NCBI GenBank assembly: GCA_963773945.1
Contig: CAVZDD010000005.1
Location: 377,077-441,076, forward strand
Length of the DNA stretch: 64,000 nucleotides
Source: an uncultured Thermoplasmata archaeon
GTDB lineage: Archaea; Thermoplasmatota; Thermoplasmata; Lutacidiplasmatales; UBA184
Direction of reading: 5' to 3'
Position 1 is the stretch's first letter; the number at the start of each line of letters is the position of its first letter. The position numbers and the translations under genes are program-made. Below the pieces are notes generated by a model. The model did not search any database. It saw only the letters and a program-made list of their open reading frames with translations, and was not told the origin of the DNA. Below, piece by piece: positions 10,490-19,213 of the stretch.

Positions 10490-11625
10490 GGCGTCGAGGG
10501 CGTCCCGGGCGTAGCGGGCCGTCGGTACAAAAGATACAGGAAGAAGAGGGCGCCGGTGAACGCCATCGGGACCCCCACGGGGACCTCGGTGCCCGGGAAT
10601 GCCACGAGGGCCAGGTCGCGGGCGCCGAGCACGAAGATCGCGCCCACCAGCGCGGACGCCGGGATGACGCGGCGGTAATCAACCCCGATGAGACGACGCA
10701 CGACGTGCGGCGATACGAGGCCCACGAACCCAATGATGCCGGCGAACGCGACCGCGAAGGAGGTACAGAGCGAAGCCAGGAGGATCGTCCGGATCCGGAC
10801 TTGCCGGGCGTTGACGCCCAGGCTCTGTGCCACCTCGGGACCCAACTGCAGTAGGTTCAGGTCCCGCCCGTATACCGCGAGGAGGGCGCCGGTCGCCGCG
10901 ACCCCGGCCAGGACGATGCCCACCTGGGTCCAGGTCGCCCCGTCCAATCCTCCCAGCAGCCAGAAACTCACCTGCAGATCACCGTTCACATTGTAGAGCA
11001 GCGCGAGCACCAGGAGCGCGGAAAAAAACGAGCTGAGAGCAACGCCCGTGAGCAGCAGGGTGGTCACCGAGCTCCTCGGGCTCCGGGCCGCCACCAGGAC
11101 GACCACGCCGGAAAAGAGCGCTCCTCCGAATGCGAACAACGGGAGCGTCAGGTTGGCCTCGGCGAGCCCGATGTGCAGCACGAAGAGCAGGGCCGCACCG
11201 ACCGCCGCGCCCGAAGAAAGTCCGAGAAGATACGGGTCCGCCAGGGGGTTACGGAACGTCCCCTGCAGGGAGGCGCCCGAGAGGCCGAGCGCCGCTCCGA
11301 CGAGCAGTCCAAGCAGCACCTGGGGAACGTAGTTTTCCCAGACGATCTGGATCAGGATCGCGCAGCGGCTCGCCGATAGCGACGGGACGGCGCAGGCCCC
11401 TCCGGGAAGCGCTCCTCCCAGAAGCCGTTGCGCCACAATCCCGAGGGTAGTGGAGTACGGGATGGGGACGTCGCCCAGTAGCACGGACCCGAGGATGAGC
11501 GCCCCGAGCCCCCCGAAAAGGACCAGGAGATTTCGTCGCGGAGCGTGCCGGACGACGTCAGGGGAAGCGGATTCCCGGGCCTCGCTCCGGAGGCCGAGGT
11601 GGCGGGAAGCGTCCCCCGCGACCAA
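10486..11625 (-). CDS. ABC transporter permease, FecCD family
   Basis: About 9-10 TM helices and FecCD-type conserved blocks. It is translationally coupled to the ATPase (overlap). Confidence 0.85.
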   Translation of the reverse strand: MVAGDASRHLGLRSEARESASPDVVRHAPRRNLLVLFGGLGALILGSVLLGDVPIPYSTTLGIVAQRLLGGALPGGACAVPSLSASRCAILIQIVWENYVPQVLLGLLVGAALGLSGASLQGTFRNPLADPYLLGLSSGAAVGAALLFVLHIGLAEANLTLPLFAFGGALFSGVVVLVAARSPRSSVTTLLLTGVALSSFFSALLVLALLYNVNGDLQVSFWLLGGLDGATWTQVGIVLAGVAATGALLAVYGRDLNLLQLGPEVAQSLGVNARQVRIRTILLASLCTSFAVAFAGIIGFVGLVSPHVVRRLIGVDYRRVIPASALVGAIFVLGARDLALVAFPGTEVPVGVPMAFTGALFFLYLLYRRPATPGTPSTP

Positions 11626-11629
11626 GGTC

Positions 11630-12682
11630 TTACGCGCCCGGCAGGTTCGGATAGAGGATCTGGATGAACATCGGGACGGACAGGACCATGGTCGGCCCCA
11701 CCTCCGTCATCACGGTGACATCGATGCCGGTCACATTCCCGTTCTGCACCGCGGGGATGCTCGACCAGTCGGGGCCGGCCTGGTACGCGGTCAGGTTGAT
11801 GCCGAAACCGGTTCCGTAGATGACCACCGACGGATTATCGAAGAGCACCTGGCTCCCGGAAAGTTCCGGCGACGAGGTGGGAGCGTTGCCCGCGATGTTC
11901 ACCCCGCCCGCCAGTTCGATGAGGGATTGCCCGAAGCTGCCGGGGCCGAACGTGTAGTACCCAGCGTCCGGTTCACCGGCGGCGATCGGGTAGAACGTCA
12001 TCAGTACCGATCGCAGGGCGGTGCCGTTGTTCGTCAGATTGGTCAGGAAGGACGAGGACTGGCTCAGGACCGTCTGCAGCTGGGTGACGAGGTGCGCCGA
12101 GGAGGCTCCGGCCCCGAAGATCGTCGCGGTCATCTCCACATCATACACGACGCTGCCGAGGGTGCTCGGGCCATAGAACACGACCGGAATCCCGTAGGTC
12201 GACGACCACTCCTCGAGTCCGGACACTTCGACGATGGTCGCGGCGAGGACGACCTGAGGGCTGAAGTCGAGCATGTCGGCCGAGCTTACGTGGGGATACG
12301 CCAGGATGCACATGGAAGGCGTCAGGTCCCAGAGAGTGACTTGGGCCGGGGCGTAGTCGCCCTCGAGGCCTCCGAGGGAGGCGTTCGAGCAGTCGATGCC
12401 CACGACGTGACTGCGCAACCCGAGGCGGTACATCGTATCCATGACACTGGGGCCCAGTACCACGGCCCGGGCGGGATTGGCCGGCAAGGTCACGGACCGA
12501 CCGAGATCGTCGGTTACAGTCACGGCGGAGTGCGCGGTCGAGGTGGGGCGGAGTTCGAAATAGACGGCAGTTCCTCCCACCGAGACGCCGGCGACGACGA
12601 CCGCCACGGCGATGACCAAACTCAGGGGAACCGCATGTCGAGGCGCCGGGCTCGGGACGCCCGGAGACGAATTCAAAGACAT
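11630..12682 (-). CDS. ABC transporter substrate-binding protein (iron-siderophore/cobalamin class III PBP), secreted/anchored
   Basis: N-terminal hydrophobic anchor followed by a Peripla_BP_2-like fold (RAVVLGPSVMDTMYRLGL, VVGID). Confidence 0.8.
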   Translation of the reverse strand: MSLNSSPGVPSPAPRHAVPLSLVIAVAVVVAGVSVGGTAVYFELRPTSTAHSAVTVTDDLGRSVTLPANPARAVVLGPSVMDTMYRLGLRSHVVGIDCSNASLGGLEGDYAPAQVTLWDLTPSMCILAYPHVSSADMLDFSPQVVLAATIVEVSGLEEWSSTYGIPVVFYGPSTLGSVVYDVEMTATIFGAGASSAHLVTQLQTVLSQSSSFLTNLTNNGTALRSVLMTFYPIAAGEPDAGYYTFGPGSFGQSLIELAGGVNIAGNAPTSSPELSGSQVLFDNPSVVIYGTGFGINLTAYQAGPDWSSIPAVQNGNVTGIDVTVMTEVGPTMVLSVPMFIQILYPNLPGA

Positions 12683-12699
12683 TGTAATTCAGGCAAACA

Positions 12700-12718
12700 C
12701 AGTTTACTATAAATCCTT
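12700..12718 (-). promoter_or_regulatory. archaeal TATA-box promoter for the ABC importer operon
   Basis: The minus-strand sequence GGATTTATAGTAAA lies 21-34 nt upstream of the ATG at 12682. Confidence 0.5.
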
Positions 12719-12760
12719 CTGGCCCAGGAACCTTGCCGCCGTCGGATTTCGGGGCGTCCC

Positions 12761-13678
12761 CTAGGGGTCGACGCGTTCGAACGCGTCGCCAGGACCGGAC
12801 CACCCGAACTCGTCCGGATGGAAGAGGTGGGCGAACAGCCGGGCCCCTTGCGCGACGCGGGGGCCCGGGCGGGAGACGTATGAATCGGCGTCCACGGCGA
12901 ACACGCGACCGTTCCGAACGGCGGGGATCGACTCCCAGCCGGGCAGGTCCTTCAACCGAGCCGCCTCCTCCCGGACCCGCGGTAAGTGATACCCGCACGG
13001 TGCTACGACCAGCACTTCCGGGGCCCACCGGAGCACCTCTTCCCACGGGATTCGGGTGGAGTCCACGCCCCGGTGCGCGAGGCCGTCCACCCCACCTGCC
13101 GCGTCGACCATCTCGGGCACCCAATGGCCCGCGCAGAAGACCGGGTCTACCCACTCCATGCAGAAGACCCGGGGGCGTGACAGTCCCCGAGCCGTTTCGG
13201 CCCGGAGTTCCGCCAGGTCGTCCTGCATCGAGGCCGTGAGGCGATTCGCCTCCGCTTCCCGCCCGGCATGGCTTCCGAGGTCGCGGATATTGTCGAAGAT
13301 CCCGTCCAGCGAGTGCGGCGTCATCCACAGGACCTTGGGAGGGGGATGCAGTCCGGCCAGCGCCCGGGTCACCTCGGTACCCGATGGGGCGCAGACTTGG
13401 CAGAGGTTCTGGGTCATCAGGAGGTCCGGGTGGGCGGCCCGAAGGATCTCCTCGTCCACGAGATAGAGCGTCCCCTGTTCGTGCACCTGGCGGCTTACCC
13501 GGGCGTCGATCTCCTTCGCCGAGAGCCCGGTCAGGTCGACGGCGAGGTGCACCACGACCGGCTTGGACCGGGCTTCGACGGGATAATCGCACTCGTGAGA
13601 GACCGCTCGCAGTTCGCCGCCAAGTCCGAGGGCATAGGCCATCTCGGTCGCGGCGGGCAAGAACGAGACGATGTTCAT
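12761..13678 (-). CDS. cytoplasmic BtuF-like (Peripla_BP_2) cobalamin/iron-complex-binding protein, no signal peptide
   Basis: An internal ATG (MNIVSFLPAATEMAYALGLGGELRAVSHECDYP) was chosen. The upstream part of the 438-aa ORF is Arg-rich and lacks a signal peptide. Confidence 0.65.
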   Translation of the reverse strand: MNIVSFLPAATEMAYALGLGGELRAVSHECDYPVEARSKPVVVHLAVDLTGLSAKEIDARVSRQVHEQGTLYLVDEEILRAAHPDLLMTQNLCQVCAPSGTEVTRALAGLHPPPKVLWMTPHSLDGIFDNIRDLGSHAGREAEANRLTASMQDDLAELRAETARGLSRPRVFCMEWVDPVFCAGHWVPEMVDAAGGVDGLAHRGVDSTRIPWEEVLRWAPEVLVVAPCGYHLPRVREEAARLKDLPGWESIPAVRNGRVFAVDADSYVSRPGPRVAQGARLFAHLFHPDEFGWSGPGDAFERVDP

Positions 13679-13816
13679 CGAGGGCGAGTCTCCATCGGGA
13701 CGGTGCCCGCCCGACGGGCTACGCCTAGAAGACTTCTCCGGGTCGGCGACGGCAGGTTTCATCCCGCACCATTTCTTTGCCCGCCCGCGCGGCCTCGAGG
13801 CGAGCTGGCGGTTCGA

Positions 13817-14812
13817 ATGACGACGACGACCGAAACGACGACGGAAACCTCTCCGGAACTCCGTCAAGCGGCGGCGGAGCTCCGGGAGCTGGTAATCCAG
13901 GCTACGGCGCGACGGCCCGCCCAGTGCATGCTGCTCTCCGGCGGACTTGACACCGCCGTCTTGGCGCCGCTTGCAGCGGCCGGCGGCATGCAGGCGGCCG
14001 TAACGGTGCTCACCGCTCCCGACGCCCCCGATCGCCCCTTCGCACAGACCATCGCCGTCAACCAGGGGTGGACGCATTCCGTCGTCGAAGCCTCTTTCGA
14101 GGATCTACTCATCGAGGTCGATTTCGTGGTTCGGACGCTCCGAACATTCGACCCAATGGAGATCCGGAACAGCATCGTGATCGCTCGCGGCCTCCGGGAA
14201 GTATCGCGTTTGGGCTACACCACGGCAATGACGGGCGATGCGGCGGACGAATTGTTCGGAGGGTACTCTTTCATGTGGGGCAAGAGCCCCGAGGAGTTCG
14301 AGGAGTATTCCCGGCGAATGGCCACCACGATGAAGTTCTCCTCGACCCTACTCGGCCACGCACTGGGCGTGGAGGTACGGGCCCCCTACACAGACCCCGA
14401 GGTGATCCGCTTCGCGACCAGACTTCCCAAGGCCCTCAAGGTGGCGCAACGCGACGGAGCGACCGTCGGGAAATGGGTCCTCCGCTGGGCCTTTCCCGAG
14501 TGCCCGAGCCGCTGGAGGCGAAAGGACGCGATCGAGGTGGGTTCCGGAGCGACCCGTCTCCCGGTCTGGTTCGCCGCGCGGATGCCTGCGGCGGTTCTTT
14601 CCGCCGAGCGGGATCGGATCGCCGGCGAGGACAGGATTGAGATCCGGGACGCCGAACACCTGGCGTACTACCAGGCGTTTCGGAAGGTGTTTCCCCGCGC
14701 CCTCTCTGAACGGACCGGGGGCGCGGAGGCGTGCGCCCACTGCGGATTCCCGCTTCCTCGCCCGGATTCCACGTTCTGCACCACTTGCGGGGCGTACCCG
14801 GCCCGACTCTGA
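13817..14812 (+). CDS. asparagine-synthetase-C-domain-like PP-loop ATP pyrophosphatase (no glutaminase domain)
   Basis: Start at MTTTTETTTE (ATG at 13817, frame verified). LSGGLDTAVLA PP-loop and a C-terminal Cys cluster (CAHCGF...CTTCG). Confidence 0.7.
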   Translation: MTTTTETTTETSPELRQAAAELRELVIQATARRPAQCMLLSGGLDTAVLAPLAAAGGMQAAVTVLTAPDAPDRPFAQTIAVNQGWTHSVVEASFEDLLIEVDFVVRTLRTFDPMEIRNSIVIARGLREVSRLGYTTAMTGDAADELFGGYSFMWGKSPEEFEEYSRRMATTMKFSSTLLGHALGVEVRAPYTDPEVIRFATRLPKALKVAQRDGATVGKWVLRWAFPECPSRWRRKDAIEVGSGATRLPVWFAARMPAAVLSAERDRIAGEDRIEIRDAEHLAYYQAFRKVFPRALSERTGGAEACAHCGFPLPRPDSTFCTTCGAYPARL

Positions 14813-14818
14813 GGCGCT

Positions 14819-15529
14819 GTGCCCGTCGACGTTTCCCCGCCTCGGAAGACGGCGGCGCCCCGCGCCATACTCTCGTGGAGCAGCGGAAAGGACGCCGCCT
14901 TTGCCCTCCACCGGGTGCGACAGGACCGCAGCTACGACGTGGTCGGGCTGCTCACCACAGTCGTGGCGTCGTCGGGCCGGGTGGCTACGCACGGAGTCCG
15001 AGGGGAGTTGCTCGCCCGACAGGTGGAGTCCATTGGGATTCCCCTCACCCGCGTTCGGCTCCCTCGATCCCCCTCGAACGTCGTCTACGAACGCGGGATG
15101 ACGATGGCGCTTCAGCCGTTCGTGGAAATGGGAATACGCCACGTGATCTTCGGCGACCTGTTCCTCGAGGAGATCCGCGCCTACCGGGAGCGTCAAATGT
15201 CGGAGCTGGGCCTGGAGTGCGTGTTTCCTCTGTGGAGGACCGACACGAATCTGTTGGCCCGCGAGATGCTCGGGGCGGGGCAGCGCGCCCGCCTGGTATC
15301 GGTCGACACCCGGCGACTACCGGCGTCATGGGCCGGCCGATCGTTTGACCGAGCGTTGCTGGAGGAGCTCCCCCCGGGGGTCGATCCGTGTGGCGAGAAC
15401 GGCGAGTTCCACACCTTCGTGACCGACGGGCCGGTGTTGCGGCACCCGGTGCGCGTCCGAGTGCAATCCGTCCGGGAGCGGGACGGTTTCGCCACGGCGG
15501 ACCTCCGCCTCGAAAATACGAGTGGCTGA
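14819..15529 (+). CDS. DUF71/Dph6-like (MJ0570 family) PP-loop ATP-binding protein
   Basis: AILSWSSGKDAAFAL PP-loop, with EFHTFV and GE...Y motifs typical of diphthine-ammonia-ligase-like proteins. It starts 7 nt after the preceding gene. Confidence 0.75.
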   Translation: MPVDVSPPRKTAAPRAILSWSSGKDAAFALHRVRQDRSYDVVGLLTTVVASSGRVATHGVRGELLARQVESIGIPLTRVRLPRSPSNVVYERGMTMALQPFVEMGIRHVIFGDLFLEEIRAYRERQMSELGLECVFPLWRTDTNLLAREMLGAGQRARLVSVDTRRLPASWAGRSFDRALLEELPPGVDPCGENGEFHTFVTDGPVLRHPVRVRVQSVRERDGFATADLRLENTSG

Positions 15530-15584
15530 GGGGTACCGTTCCCGCACAAAGCATAAGTCGAGGAGCGTCCCCGAGGGGACGGGA

Positions 15585-15746
15585 GGGAGCATAGGCTAAT
15601 CTGGCAGACCAGCGGGCTCCAGTCAGATCTCCCGCGAGGGGGATCTTTGCATTGGGTCAGCGGAGGGACGCTTCGGCGTACCGATGACGAGTGACTGGAG
15701 CGCGCGGAGAGACCCGCATATCGGGGTTCAAATCCCCGTGCTCCCA
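15585..15746 (+). tRNA. tRNA-Trp(CCA) with an 89-nt intron after nucleotide 37
   Basis: Hand-folded. Acceptor GGGAGCA/TGCTCCC and discriminator A. D-arm GGCT-AATCTGGCA-GACC. Anticodon stem GCGGG/CCCGC with loop CTCCAG|A. T-arm CGGGG-TTCAAAT-CCCCG. The intron occupies 15623..15711 and no CCA is encoded. Anticodon loop and T-arm are of the type known from euryarchaeal tRNA-Trp (recalled from memory, not aligned). Confidence 0.65.
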
Positions 15747-15971
15747 TTGCCCACGCCCGCATCGTAGCGTCAGCTCCAGACAATCCGGTCGCATTGGTCG
15801 GACCCCGCGACCCGCTGATCGTGGGGTCCCATTAGACAACCCTCATGGTAGAAAACGGTCGAACGCCCGTCGGGCACGGGGCCGTCGCGGAAAGTGCCCC
15901 TTTGAAATCCAGACGGGGATGCCGTTGATGAATCCGAGAGTTCTTGGCGTCATGTAACCTCAGGGTCGCCG

Positions 15972-16889
15972 ATGGATTCCTTGGACATCCGGCTCTTACG
16001 TGCGATGTTCGTAGGAAACATCCTGTCGATCGGGGGTTTCGACCCTAGACTGTCGATCCAGGAGCTCGCACGATCGGTCGGGGCCAGTCGAGTCACCGTG
16101 CGTCGCCGCCTCGCCCGTTGGCGAGATGAAGGTTTTTGCAAAAGGGTCACCACGTTTCCGAACCCGGACGCACTTGGAACCTCGTTTCAGATGCAGTCTA
16201 TCGCACTCGACCGGGGAAGAACACGGAGCCGGTCTGAGACCGCACTGGTCGACCTCCTGGAACCCGCGTTCCTCTTCCAATCCGAGGACATCTATACCCC
16301 TGTCCTCATCGTAGAGGCTCCTAAGGTCTCCGACCGCCGCCAGAGCAGTCTCCGTGAAGTTGATGGAGTGAATGTCCTCTGTCCCCCTCTACCGTTCCCA
16401 TGCCCATCTTCCTCGGTACCGCTCGGGCTGAGGGACTGGAAGATCATCCGGTCTATGCGCCGATTTCCCTTTCCCGATTGGCCCGCGGTGTCGAAGGAAG
16501 TGGGGCTGACGGTCCGCGGTTTGCAACGAAGGGTGGCACGTCTCACGCAAGGCAACGCCCTCATGTTCCATCCCGAGCTCGACTTTCGTCGTTCGTCCAG
16601 CCCGGTGGCCTGGGTTGGTGTCCTTTTCGGTAGGGACGTCGAGAAGGCGCTGTTTGAGAAGGACATGATCCAACGATACCCTGACCTCCTTCGCGTGGAG
16701 CCAATACGAACGGGAGAATGCCCACCGCATGTCCGAAATGGCAAGTGGATGACCCTGTGGAGGTCCAACCAAGCCTTTGGGCCGGTACGATCAGGGATCA
16801 GGAGAGAATCATGCGAAGCAGAAGCGGAGAATTCCACGGGTCACGACGATTCCGGCAAGCGACTCTGTCATTCTTGGTCGCAGGGGTGA
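15972..16889 (+). CDS. tandem-HTH transcriptional regulator (two Lrp/AsnC-type HTH modules)
   Basis: LDIRLLRAMFVGN...IQELARSVGASRVTVRRRLARWRDEG, followed by a second module DWKIIRSMRR...VSKEVGLTVRGLQRRVARL. The 3' end overlaps the next gene, so the true stop or frame is uncertain. Confidence 0.5.
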   Translation: MDSLDIRLLRAMFVGNILSIGGFDPRLSIQELARSVGASRVTVRRRLARWRDEGFCKRVTTFPNPDALGTSFQMQSIALDRGRTRSRSETALVDLLEPAFLFQSEDIYTPVLIVEAPKVSDRRQSSLREVDGVNVLCPPLPFPCPSSSVPLGLRDWKIIRSMRRFPFPDWPAVSKEVGLTVRGLQRRVARLTQGNALMFHPELDFRRSSSPVAWVGVLFGRDVEKALFEKDMIQRYPDLLRVEPIRTGECPPHVRNGKWMTLWRSNQAFGPVRSGIRRESCEAEAENSTGHDDSGKRLCHSWSQG

Positions 16890-17572
16890 TGGTCTTTGCC
16901 ACGTTCATCGCGCTGGCGTTCGCACCGACGGCCGGAGCCACATCGCTGGCGCCCATCTCCCAGCAGAATGCAGCGCTGGACTGTTCACCTACCCTCGCAC
17001 AGGTCGAGGGGATCCCGGTGCCGGCCGGATCGAAAGTCATTCTCCACGTCTCTTTCGTAGACACAAACGTCGAAGACGGAGGGAATCTCGGCTATTGGGC
17101 TCTTGACACGTTGTACTTTACTGACACCTTTTGGCAGGCGACCGACGGGTCAATATATTTTCATCTTTCCATCGTGGGGACTTGGACCACCTTCGCTGGG
17201 GCGTTGAGCCCCCAGCAGGGGGTCACCGAGCCGAAGACCGGAAGCGGGCTGCTTATCTGGGAATTTTCCGGCCACTCCGTCACGGCCTTTGAGCCTGGCT
17301 CACGTCCGACGTCAGGCTTCATTGGGGTGTTTAACGCCGGTGGAACCGAATCTGACATCCTCTTGGGAACGTACGCGCTCCAACAGGGTAACAACGCATT
17401 TTTCAACTCTGATGGGGGAGACATTGGCCCCCTCTACTTCGATTTCACCCCCCCCTACCCCATCTTCCTCGCCCTAGCGTTCTCCGAAATTTACTTCTTG
17501 CACGGTTCCCCGGCCGATTGCTACGCAGGCACGCTGACTAGTTTCATCTTTGAGGGGGACGTCGTAACGTAA
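16811..17572 (+). CDS. secreted hypothetical protein (signal peptide/N-terminal TM), lower-GC
   Basis: An internal start at MRSRSGEFHGSRRFRQATLSFLVAGVMVFATFIALAFAPTAGA gives a signal-like N-terminus. The Gly/Thr/Phe-rich body is unlike the surrounding genes. Confidence 0.5.
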   Translation: MRSRSGEFHGSRRFRQATLSFLVAGVMVFATFIALAFAPTAGATSLAPISQQNAALDCSPTLAQVEGIPVPAGSKVILHVSFVDTNVEDGGNLGYWALDTLYFTDTFWQATDGSIYFHLSIVGTWTTFAGALSPQQGVTEPKTGSGLLIWEFSGHSVTAFEPGSRPTSGFIGVFNAGGTESDILLGTYALQQGNNAFFNSDGGDIGPLYFDFTPPYPIFLALAFSEIYFLHGSPADCYAGTLTSFIFEGDVVT

Positions 17573-18163
17573 CACGGTCTTGACGGGAGCCTGGAGGCCC
17601 CCTAGGTATCGCGCAGAGCAGCTATCAGACTGAGGCGAGAGACTCAGCCCCGATCGGACAGCCTCAGCGCCGGCGTCGATTGGAAAGCTCGGTTCCCTGA
17701 AGGGGTAACCCGGCCGGAGAGCGACCGGGGAGGTAGCATTACGGCCTCGTACTCACTACGAGCCTACCAATCGGCGTCGTGAGGGGGGAACGGCCCCTCT
17801 GTCTCGTCTAGGCTCGTGGAAAGTTTTCTGACCGGAGCATCCGCAGCTAGGGCCACTGATCGATCAAGCTGGTCAGGGCCGAGCAGTTTCGTTGGCGTAG
17901 AGATTCTCGGTTCACCTAGCTGACCTTACCACTGCGTTGACAACGGACCCCTTTCTAGAGGTCACAAGACCTGGCCGCGCGCTAGGGCGCCCCCGCATGA
18001 GGGACTCCCGAACCCACCGGGCTGACTCCGTTCAATTCGATTTTTCCGCGGCCTTCTACCGCCGGTAGTAAGATATTGGGGACCCACAAAATGGGGTGGG
18101 AACCCGTGCTCCCACCCTCCCCCCCGCCAGAACCTGCATGCAGGGGCCCGACCGGCACGGGTA

Positions 18164-19036
18164 CTATCGCGGGGCGGCCTTGCGGACCCGGGTGCGAGTC
18201 TCCGGGTGATCCGGCTCATCGTTGGCTTGGAATCGCCGGGGTTGACGGCCGTCTTCATCCTTGAAACCGTAGCGGCGAGCGAGATCCCCAACGTAGAGGA
18301 TCCGGCCCGAAAGTCTTGCGACGTTCGGGTCCCCCGCCAGCGCCACGACCGCCTTTCCGAGGTAACTGGGCGATTCAGTAGGAGCCAGGTCGAAGGGGTG
18401 GGCCCGATGGGCCGCCATCACCCGTTCCGTACGCATGAATCCTGGTGCCAAGGCAACGGCCTGGATTCCATGGGACTTCAGTTCCATCGCCATTCCTCGG
18501 GCCATCCGAATCATAGCGTTCTTCGCCACGTCGTAGTACAAGTTCCCCAGATAGCCGCCGCTCAGCCACGCAACGGTGTTCACGATGAGCCCCTTCTTTC
18601 GCGGGAGCATGAGTGGAACGAGTCGTGCCGACGTGAGAAGAGTCGCGCGAACTCCCGCGGTAAACATCCCTTCCCAGTGGTGGGTCGGCTGCTTCCAGAA
18701 AGGGTCCCCAAAGGTCGCAAGGTCGTGCCGCTCGTACCCTCCCCAGACGTTGTTCACTAACAGGTCCGGAGGGTGGCCGAGTTTCGTGATGGTGGCCACC
18801 AGGCGGTAGATTTCCGCCAATTGCGTGTGGTCGCATACGACAGGGATTCCATGGCCACCAGCGGCGTCAATTCCCGCGGCGGTCTCTTCGACAGTCCCCC
18901 CCAGTCCTTCGGAGTCGGGACGTCCTCGCGTGCTGCGCCCCGTCACAAATACCGTCCAACCGCCGCTGCCCAGCTGGAGAGCGATGGCCTTTCCCCCTCC
19001 GCGAGAAGCTCCGGTCACTACCGCTGTACGCGCCAT
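18164..19036 (-). CDS. SDR-family short-chain dehydrogenase/reductase
   Basis: TGASRGGGKAIA Rossmann motif and YxxxK (YYDVAK). Confidence 0.85.
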   Translation of the reverse strand: MARTAVVTGASRGGGKAIALQLGSGGWTVFVTGRSTRGRPDSEGLGGTVEETAAGIDAAGGHGIPVVCDHTQLAEIYRLVATITKLGHPPDLLVNNVWGGYERHDLATFGDPFWKQPTHHWEGMFTAGVRATLLTSARLVPLMLPRKKGLIVNTVAWLSGGYLGNLYYDVAKNAMIRMARGMAMELKSHGIQAVALAPGFMRTERVMAAHRAHPFDLAPTESPSYLGKAVVALAGDPNVARLSGRILYVGDLARRYGFKDEDGRQPRRFQANDEPDHPETRTRVRKAAPR

Positions 19037-19213
19037 GTCTCCGTTCGTTCTCGACGCCGAACGATAACCCTGAGCTTGAAGGACGGGTGGGGGTGGCGAA
19101 ACAGGGTGTGGACGAACATGTTCCCGCTGGGGGTTGCTGCGTGGCTGGCTGCGCGGGCTCCCCTCGCCTCGCTGGAAGACTTATCGCCGACGGGATTTCT
19201 GGGAGTCTCCGTC

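Larger units (their letters stand above)
15747..18114. mobile_element. putative degraded integrated element/islet at tRNA-Trp 3' end
   Basis: The 12-bp direct repeat CCCGTGCTCCCA occurs at 15735-15746 (tRNA 3' end) and again at 18103-18114. The interval has visibly lower GC (e.g. 17100-17500). It carries a regulator, a secreted protein and about 590 nt of non-coding DNA. No integrase is present. Confidence 0.35.

Noticed and set aside
12761-14077. Full 438-aa ORF as the gene
   Set aside because: The N-terminal 133 residues are Arg/Gly-rich without features and overlap the divergent promoter region. The Peripla_BP_2 domain begins at the internal Met (start set at 13678).
15623-15711. Canonical box C/D sRNA inside the tRNA-Trp intron
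   Set aside because: A C-like GAUGACGA is present but no exact CUGA D box or clear C'/D' pair. It is reported only as a possibility within the tRNA finding.
17573-18163. RNase P RNA or SRP RNA in the islet's non-coding stretch
   Set aside because: Only weak look-alikes (GGAAAGCUCGG; GCCGGAGAGCGACCGG) were found. The paired universally conserved RNase P P4 strands and clear SRP helix-8 motifs are absent. It is left as an unclassified candidate only.
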